A stretch of 64,000 bases of DNA from Schmidtea polychroa (taxonomy: Eukaryota). The notes beneath the pieces are model-generated. The model was not told where the DNA came from. It saw only the letters and a list, made by a program, of their open reading frames with translations, and searched no databases. The stretch spans positions 6,882,001 through 6,946,000 of the forward strand of contig CM097885.1 of NCBI GenBank assembly GCA_044892525.1. Reading direction: 5' to 3'. The position numbers and the translations under genes are program-made. Positions 31,226-42,918 of the stretch are shown piece by piece (positions within the stretch are counted from its first letter, which is position 1; every line of letters starts with the position of its first letter).

Positions 31226-31885
31226 ATGAGAAGCCAACCGATCATTGTAACGCTGATGATGATGATAATTCTTGATCTAACACGACGACAGCCAGTGAAA
31301 CCCCAAATCGAACGGGTTCGAGACAACAGAAAACCCAATCAGAAAATCGAACCAACAACCCCATCGTGCACCTGCTCAAATGCCATAAGAACCAATCTTA
31401 TCAATAACCTTCGAGCAACCCGAAACTACATCAACAACATCAGAATTATGTGTAATCACAACCCTATGTGTAAAATCATCGATAAAAGAATTCTGGACCA
31501 AATTCACCAAGTCGATTAATTAGAACAGCAGGTCCAACACCAAGAAACACAAAACCCACCTGATCAAGTAAAAAGCCCGAATGAAATAAACCACACCTAT
31601 GAACTCCTCTATGTGGTAATCGCCGAGACCACCTTAATCACAATAGTCACCCTGCTAAAAATCTATAACCTCTGCAAAGTTTGGAAGAAAAGTCACCCCG
31701 TATCAGAAAGATCATCTCGAAGGTCCCAAGAAGCTAACATGGCTGAAGTAATCCAAGAAAACCTCCGTCAACGAACCTCCATCGCAGAAACAGTCAGACC
31801 ATCCGCAAGTCGCCGAATATACTACAACATCGAACCCCAACAACCAAATCTCCCATCATCAACGGCAACTGAACAACACACATAA
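31226..31885 (+). pseudogene. Putative type I membrane protein (about 219 codons) split by one in-frame TAA at 31517-31519
   Basis: ORFs 31211-31519 and 31613-31885 share a frame and the interval between them is open. Signal-like IIVTLMMMIIL, Cys-containing ectodomain, TM LLYVVIAETTLITIVTLL. Confidence 0.55.
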
Positions 31886-32143
31886 CACTTCGAACTGCAA
31901 CTATTGACAAAATTCTTGATGTTTCATTGTTTTATGATAAAACCGGTCACCTTAAGTGACCACTGCTTGCTTATATTTGTCATTTTCTCTGTTTAATTAA
32001 AGTATTTTTTTGTTGTTAATTTGATTTTAGGTCTGTGTGGATTTTGATTGTGAGATTATGTGTCATACCGAAAGAAAGTATGATTTGAATGTATAATATT
32101 ATGTGAATTGCGGGGCGCAATTTTAACGGGCCCCGGAGTGATT

Positions 32144-35100
32144 TGTTGGGCTAAATTTCAGAGTGGAGAAAACTGGAGCGAATAGAAAAGTAAACCTCGA
32201 ATAATAAATAAGATAAAAATATAAAAATCTCACTAGTAAATAGGAAGGAACGATAAAAAATCAATAAGAGAATAAGAATAGGTAAAACAAACTGAATAAA
32301 ACCCAATAAATCCCTTAAGATTTAGAAATAAAACGAGTTAAAACACACAACGGATAAAATAGAAATAGAATAAGTAAAAAAGTGACAACAAATAAACGAG
32401 AAATTTAAGAAATAAATAAAAAATAAACCATTTTAAGTCTAATTAAAACAAAAAATAATATTACAATAAAATAACAATAAGTCCGCAGAAAAATAGAAGA
32501 GAAAATAATAAAAATAAGAAAAAATAAATAAAATAATAATAAGAATAAGCCAAGCCATTAAAAAAATTTAATATACGATGATAAAAACATAAAAATAATA
32601 ATAAAGAGTAAAAATACAAACGGGTCGCGTCCTGATTGGACAGAAAATAATATATAAAGAGCGACAAAAATCTGTAGAGTATCATTCTAACCCGAAACTC
32701 TACAGGTAAAAGTTTATTTAAAATATTATCATCATTCTAACCCGAAACTCTACAGGACTTCAGGACCACTTAGCAGCTACTAGAACTCGTTTACGAAGCA
32801 ATCCTACAAAACCACTTACAGCCGATAAGCCAGTTTAGACTACTGGTTAAGAGCCTACGGAAAGTACCGAGAACTTAGACGACTTTATTATTCTATTCGA
32901 TCCAGTTTTAAACTCAAAGGTATACATTCGATTGATATTATGAATAGTTATTTGCTGTAAAAATGTTGAAAATAATGAAAAGTAGAATAAATTTTATTCA
33001 ATAAATTCAATTTGAAATGAACAGCAGCCTTTTTCTTCATGGTACCGGCCACTGTACTATCTGGGACCTTCAGGCATGATGCGGCAGAGCGAAAATACGT
33101 TGTGAAAGGGTTTGCGAGTATGCGTTGCGACGGAGTAAGATATCAGTCGATTTTCGAGGTTGAAGAAGATTTGAGGAAATTGTCCAGTACGGAGGGACAT
33201 GCATCTGAATGGCTCGGAAGACATCATGCTTGGAACCCAGATGGTGGGGTCGCCGGGTAAATCTGATTTATTCATTTTATTTGTTTTACAAAATTTTTCC
33301 ATTAATGTCGGAGTTGATTTTGAATTGCTTGAGGAGAGGAGTTGATTGTCTCCCATGACGGTGCAAGGACGGCGGCAGAAATGAGTGCCGTTCTTGGGTG
33401 GGTCATGAGAGGTGAGGAAACTCCGTGAGTCGAAGTATAGCTGAAGAGTGAAATTTCCTTCATCGAGTGCGATCGACCACCGCTATCGTCGAAAATACAC
33501 TTCTTAAAAGAGTAGTCGCGAAGATGAAATCATGAGAAACTCCAGGAAATTGTCGAATCAACGTCTTTTAACATTACATCCAGTCGCCATCAATCGCATT
33601 GGAAAGTTAGAGTCTATGTCGTATATCCCTCGGGAAATTGACACGAGAATATCTGGTGATTGGGGAGCTATAGCTGCGTAAAAAATCCAATGTTGTTCGC
33701 AGAGAATGTCATAGAGCCCGAGATCTTCTAGAATCCACATCGCCAGGACATTTACGACGAAACCCATAGTCAGTGTACTTTTGAGTTAGATTGTTGGTTA
33801 TACGGCCACTGATAAGCCTAGATTTTCTGAGAATAAAACAAACAAATCACGAGAAATTATCGGAATATTTACGATCGATGCTAGAGAAACCGCAGTCGAA
33901 TTTATCGGAAACTGTCAAACTAATTTCAGACAGATTATTATTCACCGGATTGTATGACTGAGGAAAATCCGCCGAAGAGAGGGAGCGATAATCGTCTCTG
34001 CCATAGGTTTAGTGAATGCGTTGATAGAGAGATGTCTAAGAGTTGATAACGACTAGAGTAAATCATCAGTTCTGACCCGCTAGTGAATTGTCGCGTAATG
34101 ATTGGGTGGATACTTCTAATCAATCTCCCAGACAACTGAATCTTGATAATCCGCCTCATTGACATACTACCTGGAAATTCTTTCTCAGTAGACGACAAAT
34201 TGTTCTGAGTCCTAACATGTTCTGTGACATAATCGTGACGTAACAACGAGGAAGCTAATCGAGAAAACGATACTGTGTGCACAGGCGAAAGAAAGAGATC
34301 ACGTGCGTAAGGCAGACACCCACTCTTAAACTACCATTCGAAGCAAACACGTCACCAAAACCGATTCATAAGCTAGGGACAACTAACATTACTTTAGCAT
34401 GCATTGTCACATGTTGAATTACATGCCACATGTAAACGAAAGACGATCTTTTAACACAACTACATATTGCGTAACGTCGTCATGACAACCTCACGGCAAA
34501 AATTTAAATAAAATCAAACCATCATAAACTAAACTAAAGGTGAACCAAAGATGTTCTGCTGTTAATTTTTTTTCTTTTTCTATTTTATTTTTCTCTACTT
34601 GAACTACTTTAGTATAACATAACGAGGTCCATTGGATGTCGAATTTTTCTTTTATAATACGACTCGGTTTAGTTGTGTAGAACGTAGTAATGAGGAGTAA
34701 AATCGCAAACATCAGATAATGATAAATAAAATAAAGGGGTTAGTATTGTCAGCACTAGACTGATCAAGTGCGAAAAGGGGAATAGTCAAACTCATAACAC
34801 GTACCGATTGTAAAATGATGACAAATAAATTATGTCTAGAATTTTCGTTTTCTTCTCGTTAGGTGTTGATGGTTGAGGGGATGAATTTGAATGCTTGAAA
34901 TTGGATGAATGGGGGCACCGACTGATAATTTGGGTGTTGGAATCACCACTGAATGGTTTGATTGCGAAAATGGTGAACCTCGTATGTAAAATAGGAACAA
35001 AATCCTAGCCAATAAATTTTGTAAAATTGATAATAAAAAATTCTGTAAACTCTTTAGATGAATACCTCTACCAGCTCTGGAAAAAATCTTCGCCCATGTC

Positions 35101-36345
35101 TCTCCTGCGCCGATAAAAACGCAGATATCGCGCAGCTCCACCTATATATCGGGGCATTGAAAAAGAGAATTGATCTCTACGAAGGCACGTGGTTCTCCCC
35201 GCCACAAATGAAAGAGGAACGCAAGAAAATTCTCCGATTAGAGCATTGCAGGGACAGCCTGCTGGAGGAAAGCCGTTGCCAGCGGCTCACGATCAAAGCA
35301 CAATCGGAAGCCCTCCATAAAGTATATACGGAGGCAGAATTGGCCAAACGGGTCCGAGAATTTCCCGTCATCGAGAAAACCAATGTCTTCCCCCCTCACC
35401 ATCAGGCCTCCCAATCAACTTCAACAAGCTGCCAAGGGCATGGTACCTATCTGCCGCCCGTCCCGGCTCCAACCTTATCGAGTCATCAACCCTTGGTCGG
35501 TGGACCTACCGATCCCATCTTGGCTCCAATTTTGGTAGCACCAATCGGCACCGCGAACATAGAAAACCCTCCGTCTACTCGCAAACGGAAACGGCCAACT
35601 CGAGCCGAGAAGAATAAAAAACGCCGAGATGCGATGGCCGCACTCGAAGCGTCACTATCGGTAGCCCAATCCACCATAAAAGAAATCTCTTCCAGCCATT
35701 CAATTCCAACGAAGGAAATTTTCCGTGTAATTCCCGCAGAGGGCATCAAATACGTCTCTAACCAACGATTGCCGGTCGACATCGACGAGATGCTTGCTGA
35801 TGGGGAGTCCTTTGACTGACAGATTTCCATTGCCTTGATTCTGCAAGATTCGGAAGCGGACTTGAGTATTTGTGAATATTGAACATTTATTTTTGTGACA
35901 GCCCCTTTTTCCTTGTTATAAATGTAATTATTGTTGTGGATGTAATATAATTTTTATTGTCTCTCGGTGATTGTTTTTGGCATGCATGATATGGGATTAA
36001 AAGTGAACAATAGGACGGTATCAGATATAGGTAGCACTACAGAGTCGTCCCCTTGGACCAGGGAAGGACCGAATGATGTGTAGAGGAATGGGTAAGACCT
36101 TCTACGGCGCCATGGAACCCGAACCGAGACAGGGTTAGGAGTAGTCTTAAGGCAGAGGCTCACCTGCTAACCTTTTCCGACCCGTGTGAGCAGCACCAAC
36201 GTGGAACATCACCACGGGCTCATACGTGGGAATATGCATTTGATCATCTGGTGTATGTATGGGAAGTGCCTGAGCGGAACGATGACGCCTTGTATGAGTG
36301 AAGGTTGCGCGTGCGTAATTTTTCTCTTCCCCACATATGCCAACA
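32144..36345 (+). repeat. 3' LTR (4,202 bp)
   Basis: Starts TGTTGGGCTAAATTTC and ends ATATGCCAACA, followed by the TSD CTAC. Confidence 0.97.
35058..35819 (+). CDS. LTR-encoded 253-aa protein of unknown function (CxxC, coiled coil, Pro-rich linker, basic NLS-like motif)
   Basis: Intact in the 3' LTR: CLSC, heptads, RKRKRP. The ATG is immediately preceded by CTCTTTAG. Confidence 0.6.
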   Translation: MNTSTSSGKNLRPCLSCADKNADIAQLHLYIGALKKRIDLYEGTWFSPPQMKEERKKILRLEHCRDSLLEESRCQRLTIKAQSEALHKVYTEAELAKRVREFPVIEKTNVFPPHHQASQSTSTSCQGHGTYLPPVPAPTLSSHQPLVGGPTDPILAPILVAPIGTANIENPPSTRKRKRPTRAEKNKKRRDAMAALEASLSVAQSTIKEISSSHSIPTKEIFRVIPAEGIKYVSNQRLPVDIDEMLADGESFD

Positions 36346-37700
36346 CTACTAAACAGCGCCTGAGAATTGAAAATTTTTTCAATGACAATTTTACATGAAA
36401 ATTATGGTCTAAAATTTTCAATTAAGTAAATTGATGGTTAAATTTTAAATTAAAGTAAATTATGGTCTATATTTTTAAATTGAATTAATCAAGGATCTAA
36501 AATTGAACTAAAGTAAATTATTGATAAATAGGTAAATTATGGTCTAAAATTTTAAATTAAGTTCTAAAATAAAGTCTAAAATTTTAAATTAAAGTAAATT
36601 AAGGGTTCAAATTAGTAATTTAAGTTCCAATTTTTAAAATTAAGTAAATTAAATTAAATAGAATTAAATTAAAATTAAAATTTTTAAATTATAGTAATAC
36701 TTTTAAATTAAGTAAAAATTTGAAAATTACAGTAATAATTTATTGCCAGATATTTTGAAAAACTATCAACGATGAGAATTGACAATTTGAGATGCAAATT
36801 TTTTTGAAATAATTTTCAATGATAAATTTAAATAGATTTTTTATGAAATAATAATAAGAGATATATTTAAAAAAAAAGTAATTAAATGCTATATTTGCTA
36901 AATTAAATGCAAAAATTTTAAATGAAGTAAATTAAATGATGCAATTTAAAATTAAGTAATAAATTTTGAAAGATGATGAGAATTGGTAGTAATAATTAAA
37001 GAAATTATGACAAAGTTAATTAGATTTAAAGAATAATTACCTTTCCATTTAACACTACAGTGTTAATTCTTACCATTTTAGAATAATATTTTTTATCAAA
37101 GTTCTTATTTTGATTTATTTAATTTTAATTGAATTTAATGACAAAATAGAGCGTGTTTTCTTCAATTTTAATGAATTAATTTGAAAGATTATTTAGATAA
37201 ATTTTGATGTCTAAGGCATTCAATAGCAATTTTTTTTAAGTTGATGGTTTTAGGAAATATTTAACATTTTTGTTAATTTCATGTGGATTAAATGAAAATT
37301 TAAAAATTTATAGTTAGTTCTAAGATAAATTTAATTAATTTCTTGATAATTGGATGCATTTTTATTGATTGGTTTTTTTAATTTAAAAAAAAATTATTTT
37401 TAATGACAGTTAGGTTAATAATCAAGTGATAGGATATGACTTTGTAATGTAATTGAATTTGACTAAATATTTTTTTCATATATTTTCTAAGAATTTCATT
37501 TTGATTGATTAAAAATTTAAAGTTTTAATGATGATTTTAATTGAATTTCTTGATAATTTGCTAAATTTTTTAAATTTTAAATAAAAATTAATTTTTAATG
37601 ACTGTTAGGTTAATAATCAAGTAATAGGTTTAATTTTAGATGACTTTGTAATGCATTTGACTAAATAATTTTTTTCAATAATTTTCTAAGAATATTTACA

Positions 37701-37928
37701 CATATATATTTTGATCCTTATGGAATTAAACCAACAAAAGAAGTCGAGGAATATTTAGGAGAAGAATACACTTGGAATACTCTACAAGTTCAACCTGACA
37801 ACACTAAAATATTTGGAGTTTTGTGTTTATATGTTTTGTATAAATTAAATCAAGTTATTCCTCAAATTGAAGATGAATTTATAAATATAATTCAAGAAAT
37901 CTATAATGATTTAGAAACTTGTCTTTGA
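37701..37928 (+). pseudogene. Relic of a Polinton/adenain-like cysteine protease
   Basis: Hand translation YFDPYGIKPTKEVEEYL...WNTLQVQPDNTKIFGVLCLYVL resembles YFDSYG.PP...N..Q.Q...S..CG..C, with Phe at the catalytic Cys position. Confidence 0.55.
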
Positions 37929-40080
37929 AAGGTTTTCCAAAACTTAATAGAATAAGTTTTTAAAATTTACAACTAGATCTAAGCCGTCCTAGGATTCAAA
38001 AGAAGAAGTATCTAATTTAATTTCTTTTAAATTATAAAAAGTAATCAATACTTACATTGAAAATTTTCATTTCGATTTATTGACACATTTATTCGTATTA
38101 CCTAAATTATTAATTAATTAAATCAATAAATTAAAAATTTTGTTTACTTTTTCTTTTCAAATTTCCTTTAATCTTCGATTTTAAATTGTCTTCATTAATA
38201 TTATCTAAATTAATTAATAAATTAATTAATAAATAAATTAAAATTTACCAAATTCCTGAATTTTTTCTCGGACATTCATAACGTTTTCTATTAAAGAATT
38301 CATTTTTAAAGGTTAACGATTTGTTAAATGTGACTAATGATATACCGTATTGTAATAGAAGCGTTGATATGTTTTTCATATTGGTTTTAACAGTAATAAT
38401 ATATGTAATACACATAAAAATGCAGCTGATTTAATAAAGCAAAGAAATCGGTTGTACAAACCGTCCTCAGAATAAGAAACGAATGCTGCATTAAATATTT
38501 GGTTAGGTTAAAGATGGAGGGGTTTCCTGAAGTTTGCGCTATCGGTTACATAAAGGACGATCTAAAGTTTTCTAATATAGTTCCCTTCTAGAATTTAAAA
38601 ACTACGAGTAAGACACGCGAAAAGCTGCTTCTCGTGATTAGGTTGTGCAATTAATTTAAGTTAAAACAAAGTAGAATTAGATAACCTTATAGTTAAAATT
38701 TTGCTATTTCTTCAATGCTGACATATACACATTTATATTCTGCTACTACCTTGAAAACATGTTCTTCCACGACCTGAGAAGTGGACTGTTAATTCTATGT
38801 CGCCTTTTAATGGTGTAAAATGTGATGATGATGAAATTACTCTATCTCTCGTACTCAAAATTGTTTTCTTTTGATTTTCCGATAACTGATCTACACGAAT
38901 CAAAGAAGCTGCTTCCCTGTATCGCTCAGTGCATTTATTATTATATTATTTATCACTATTTTCAGTTTTGGCCTTGCTTCATTGAACCCTTCTAATATAT
39001 AGTCAAGCCCTAATCCGTAACATCAACAAATTATCTTTGGAGCACAATGACAATTACCATTTCGTATGGGATTATAATTTCAATATTATTTCCCAATTCT
39101 CTCAATTGTTCTCTTTGACTATTTGTGGCTGTTCAATATTTTCTGATCTGTTTGGGTCGTCATCTTTCTCATTATTGATCATTATTTTACCCGAATCTCT
39201 TCGATTTTTCATCCGTTTGATTACTTTGTCGAGCTACGTAGTGATTGGATATTTGGCTATGAATGAACACAAGTATGCCATAATTTTATATTAGTCACCA
39301 AAAACTTGTCTCAATTGTCTAAATGAAACTAATGATGAAAAAATCATCTTCAATCATGGTACTGTATAATATATTCCTAATATAGTTGAGAACGTATTTC
39401 CAACGATCGCAAAATATCCTCATATGCTGTATAACACTATACATAACATTCTTGAAATGCTCTTTCAATAATAATACATCAAAGTTGTAATTTCCTCCAT
39501 AACAATTCTCAATAATCTTGTTTACCAATAGCGAAAGGACTTATCTGGCACAATTAATTTTGTTGGATTTGGCTCTAGGCAATTTTACACATCTAGTAGT
39601 GAATATTTCTGTCCCCATTTAGAATTCTGACAGTCATAAGCTATGATCGCATTATTCCTTTTAAACAAATTCTAACAATAACCTTATTACTATTATTACT
39701 AATGTCTTTGTCGATTTTCTCTCTTTTTGACATGATTTCATAGTTGTCTAGATTTACTAGATTTTTCACTGTCTCTTCGCTATCATTTACTTCCGTAGTG
39801 GTATAGTCTTTTATGCTTTTTTTAGTACTCTCAACTAAGTTCTCATCATACAGTATTTTCCATCCTCCCTTTAACTTTATCCATGACATAGCATCTATCT
39901 TTAGTTTTAGCTATATTTTCTATTTCATCCTTTGGATTCATTCGTTAAAGTTTCTTGTATCTCTCTATTAAGTATGGCATCGTCATAATCAATTTTATCA
40001 GGGGCAGTCGGTTCTCCAGTTTCTGTCGTTTCTCCCGCATTGTTGATTTTAGCCTTTTTACTATCAATTAAAAATTAAAA

Positions 40081-40230
40081 GCTTCTTACGAAATCGGCGC
40101 CAGGAATTGAGTGAGTTATATCTGCTACAACGAAGTTCGTTCGAAAGTTTTGCTCTATGTTTGCGATTTTGAAATGTAATGTCTTTGAACCATACGTTTT
40201 AATGTTGCAGTTGTTGGCTAAAGCAAGTTT
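40081..40230 (-). pseudogene. Fragment of an unrelated gypsy-type aspartic protease (C-terminal half)
   Basis: Hand translation LANNCNIKTYGSKTLHFK...FVVADITHSIPGADF matches AAN...I.TYG...F.VADV...ILGADF. Confidence 0.55.
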
Positions 40231-42918
40231 GAAAGAGGCATCTCAGGAATTAAGATTGAATGTATTTGGTGGAGTGATACACACCATACTTTAAATTAAA
40301 TTATAAGAAATCTGTAAATTTTGAAATTGGTAAATTTTATTATAAAAGTCTTTTTTCTAATTTTATTAAATTATCCTTGGATTTAAATTGTTTAAATATT
40401 CATAATATATTAAATTTTAGGTGAAATCTTTTAAACGTCTAATAATAAAGATGAAGAAATAAATTTATATTTAAATGCAATCAGTAATAAATCATTGATA
40501 TAATATTCTCAAAATCATAGCTAAACGAGATCCTTCTAAAAGAGAGATTAAACCTGTAGATAAAGATGCATTTCAATTATTTGATGATATAGAATCAGGA
40601 TCGGATGAAGATTTTGCTGATGGTAAAATACTTATTATTGGTTTAATCGCTGTTATAGATGATTTCCAGAAAAGAGAAATCAAAGCGTTAACTTATTTAT
40701 TTAAAATATAATATAAAGGAAATATTTACTGAAATTCTCTACAATTTATTTTCTATGTTCAATAATATTACTCAAGAATTACATTTAAATAATTAGGTAA
40801 TTAGATTTTTGATTTAATATTTTAATTATTGAATTTTTTATTAATTAATTTGTAACCACAAGCTGTTTTATCACAAAAATGCGCTGGCTTAATTTGCCTT
40901 TCCTGCTAGCAGTTGCTAGAATCCAGATCACCTCGTGACACAAAGATTCTAGCATGGTTACCGCGTGGGGTCCTCCTCCAGGTCGCCATGTCGCTCATCC
41001 GGGTTTCCTAGCCTTACGGGTTACCCGCCTCCGCTGTACGGGCCTCAGGTGAAGGGACCCGCCCTATATCTGTCCCCCTCCCTCCCTCCCCCGCATGCCG
41101 AATGGTGAAAGCTTCAATCCATGCTGCGGCATGCAGATGGAGCCCGAACCTGTCATAATCATGTCCCAGCACGCCACAGGGCCGCCTGCACGCACCCCTA
41201 AATGCCCACAGGCCAGCATACCAAAGGGCCTCAATTATTACCCCACTCAACTAACTGCCGAACCCGAACGAGGAACTGCTCAAGGCATTCCAGTTAATCC
41301 AATAATCAAGGTGGCCATAATTTGCGCCAACAGCCCGATCTGGGTGACAAGAGTAACACGAGCGTGTTTCCCAAAGCATTCCGTAATAGCGCTAACCCAG
41401 AAATCGGTTACTGCTTACCTTGGCAATTCCCTGCTGAGAGCTTCCAAGAAGGAAAACAGTAATAACAGAATGATTACTGAAGCTCCGATTTATGCAGGCC
41501 AATTTAAGTTTGCTAGTTTCTCTCTTTCTATTGGTCGAATTTCTAAATTATATTCAGTCATTTCATTGATTTATGATTTACCCAATCGGTTGCTCGTTGC
41601 TGTCCACCTTGATTGGTGCTTCCTGCTGGATTAGCTGTGATTCCGTTAGCATGCTATATTGTAGCTGTTCATATTACACAGTTATTCATTTGATACAATT
41701 GCATTGAGTTTTATATTAAATCAATTCATATTCGATTTCCAGATTATTTTAGGAATATAAATTACCTTTGGCCCCGAAACAGAAATTGGTACGTTACCTT
41801 GCTTGATTATAGGTTTGTAACCTATCGAATTTATTATGGCTGCCTCTCAGTGAAGGAATCTGCCACATTTAATCAGTTGCTTAAATTCACCCAGATAATC
41901 AAATATGAAAGAAAACAGCAAAATTAAACGCTTAATTATAAATTGCAGCAAGCCATTTAGATAGAAAGCGCAAAATATAAATAAATATTAATCAGGAGGT
42001 TTCATTAGGTGCCTTATCATTTCTCATGCTTGACATTCTTTTCCGTTCTTAATTCTCCCCATCTTATTTCTATCGTACTTGCTGGGCCTGGGTTACATAG
42101 CTGCTTGGTGACCGGAGCGCCGCTGGAGTTCCTGAGATAAGGGCCGGCGCCAGCTTATTTATTGACCTAGGCAAAACTTATCAAAACGCCCCCTTTCACA
42201 CAAATTAATAAAGAAATAAATATATATAAGAAAACAATTAATTTAAAGTGACACATTAATTTATTATCGATTGCATAAATGTTGCAAAATTAAAATTTAA
42301 TTTTCCTTGCCTTCTTCCTCGCCAAATTTTCTACTAATTCCTTCAATCCCAGTGTCAAAGCGTAATCAATCAGATTCCATTGAAATTGCTGCCAAGTCCA
42401 CAAGCCTGCTTTGCGATATAGTTGAACGCAAGCAACTTTTAATTAATTCCAATTTTGAAAACCTGCGTTCTCCACTAGCTACGGACACTGCAAGTGCTAA
42501 TAATATTCTCAAGGAAACAACAACATTTGGTACACAATCTTCCAATTTAATGTTGTGCTATATAGAGGAGCACATCTTATGGTGACAGGCTGCGGGAACA
42601 AAAGAAATTGAACAAGAAAATAAAAACCAAGGTCAGTACTAATAAATTAGTACAAAAAGGAAAAGGAATTTCGAAATAGGGAAAATAGAAAAAACAGCAA
42701 TACTCTTATCTCGACAGCTTGTCAGTGATAGCAGATTGCTACGGAAAGGCGGGTGAACAAAAAAGTAAAAAGGGAAAATAACTTGACAGCCGTCAGAGAT
42801 AAAAATGAAACAGTCGGGGATAGCAGGAGAAAGAAAGTCGGAAAACACTTGATTATCTTGAGTGCCACAATATAAGCAAACGTAGAGGAAAAGGAAAATG
42901 GTAAATAGAATCTGTCGC

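Larger units (their letters stand above)
5711..36345 (+). mobile_element. Giant (30,635 bp) full-length Ty3/gypsy (Metaviridae) LTR retroelement with env-like gene and accessory cargo
   Basis: Direct repeats 5711-9911 and 32144-36345. TGTTGG...CCAACA termini. 4-bp TSD CTAC (5707-5710 and 36346-36349), although in a CTAC-rich site. PBS present. gag, then PR-RT-RH-IN order. Confidence 0.97.

Noticed and set aside
5689-36362. Reconstructed empty site forms a short hairpin (GGCGCT...AGCGCC) around the CTAC target
   Set aside because: Only a 6-bp stem at one site, which cannot support a claim of targeted insertion.
36390-37680. Degenerate AT-rich repeats (AAATTAAGTAAATT...)
   Set aside because: Low-complexity sequence with no stable period I could define.
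38440-40060. Minus-strand fragments resembling a decayed retroelement gag/ORF1
   Set aside because: Too many stops and no intact CCHC or other diagnostic motif.
40950-41634. GC-rich, Pro-rich ORF 41095-41634
   Set aside because: No recognisable domain or exon structure; may be an exon or repeat fragment but cannot be called.
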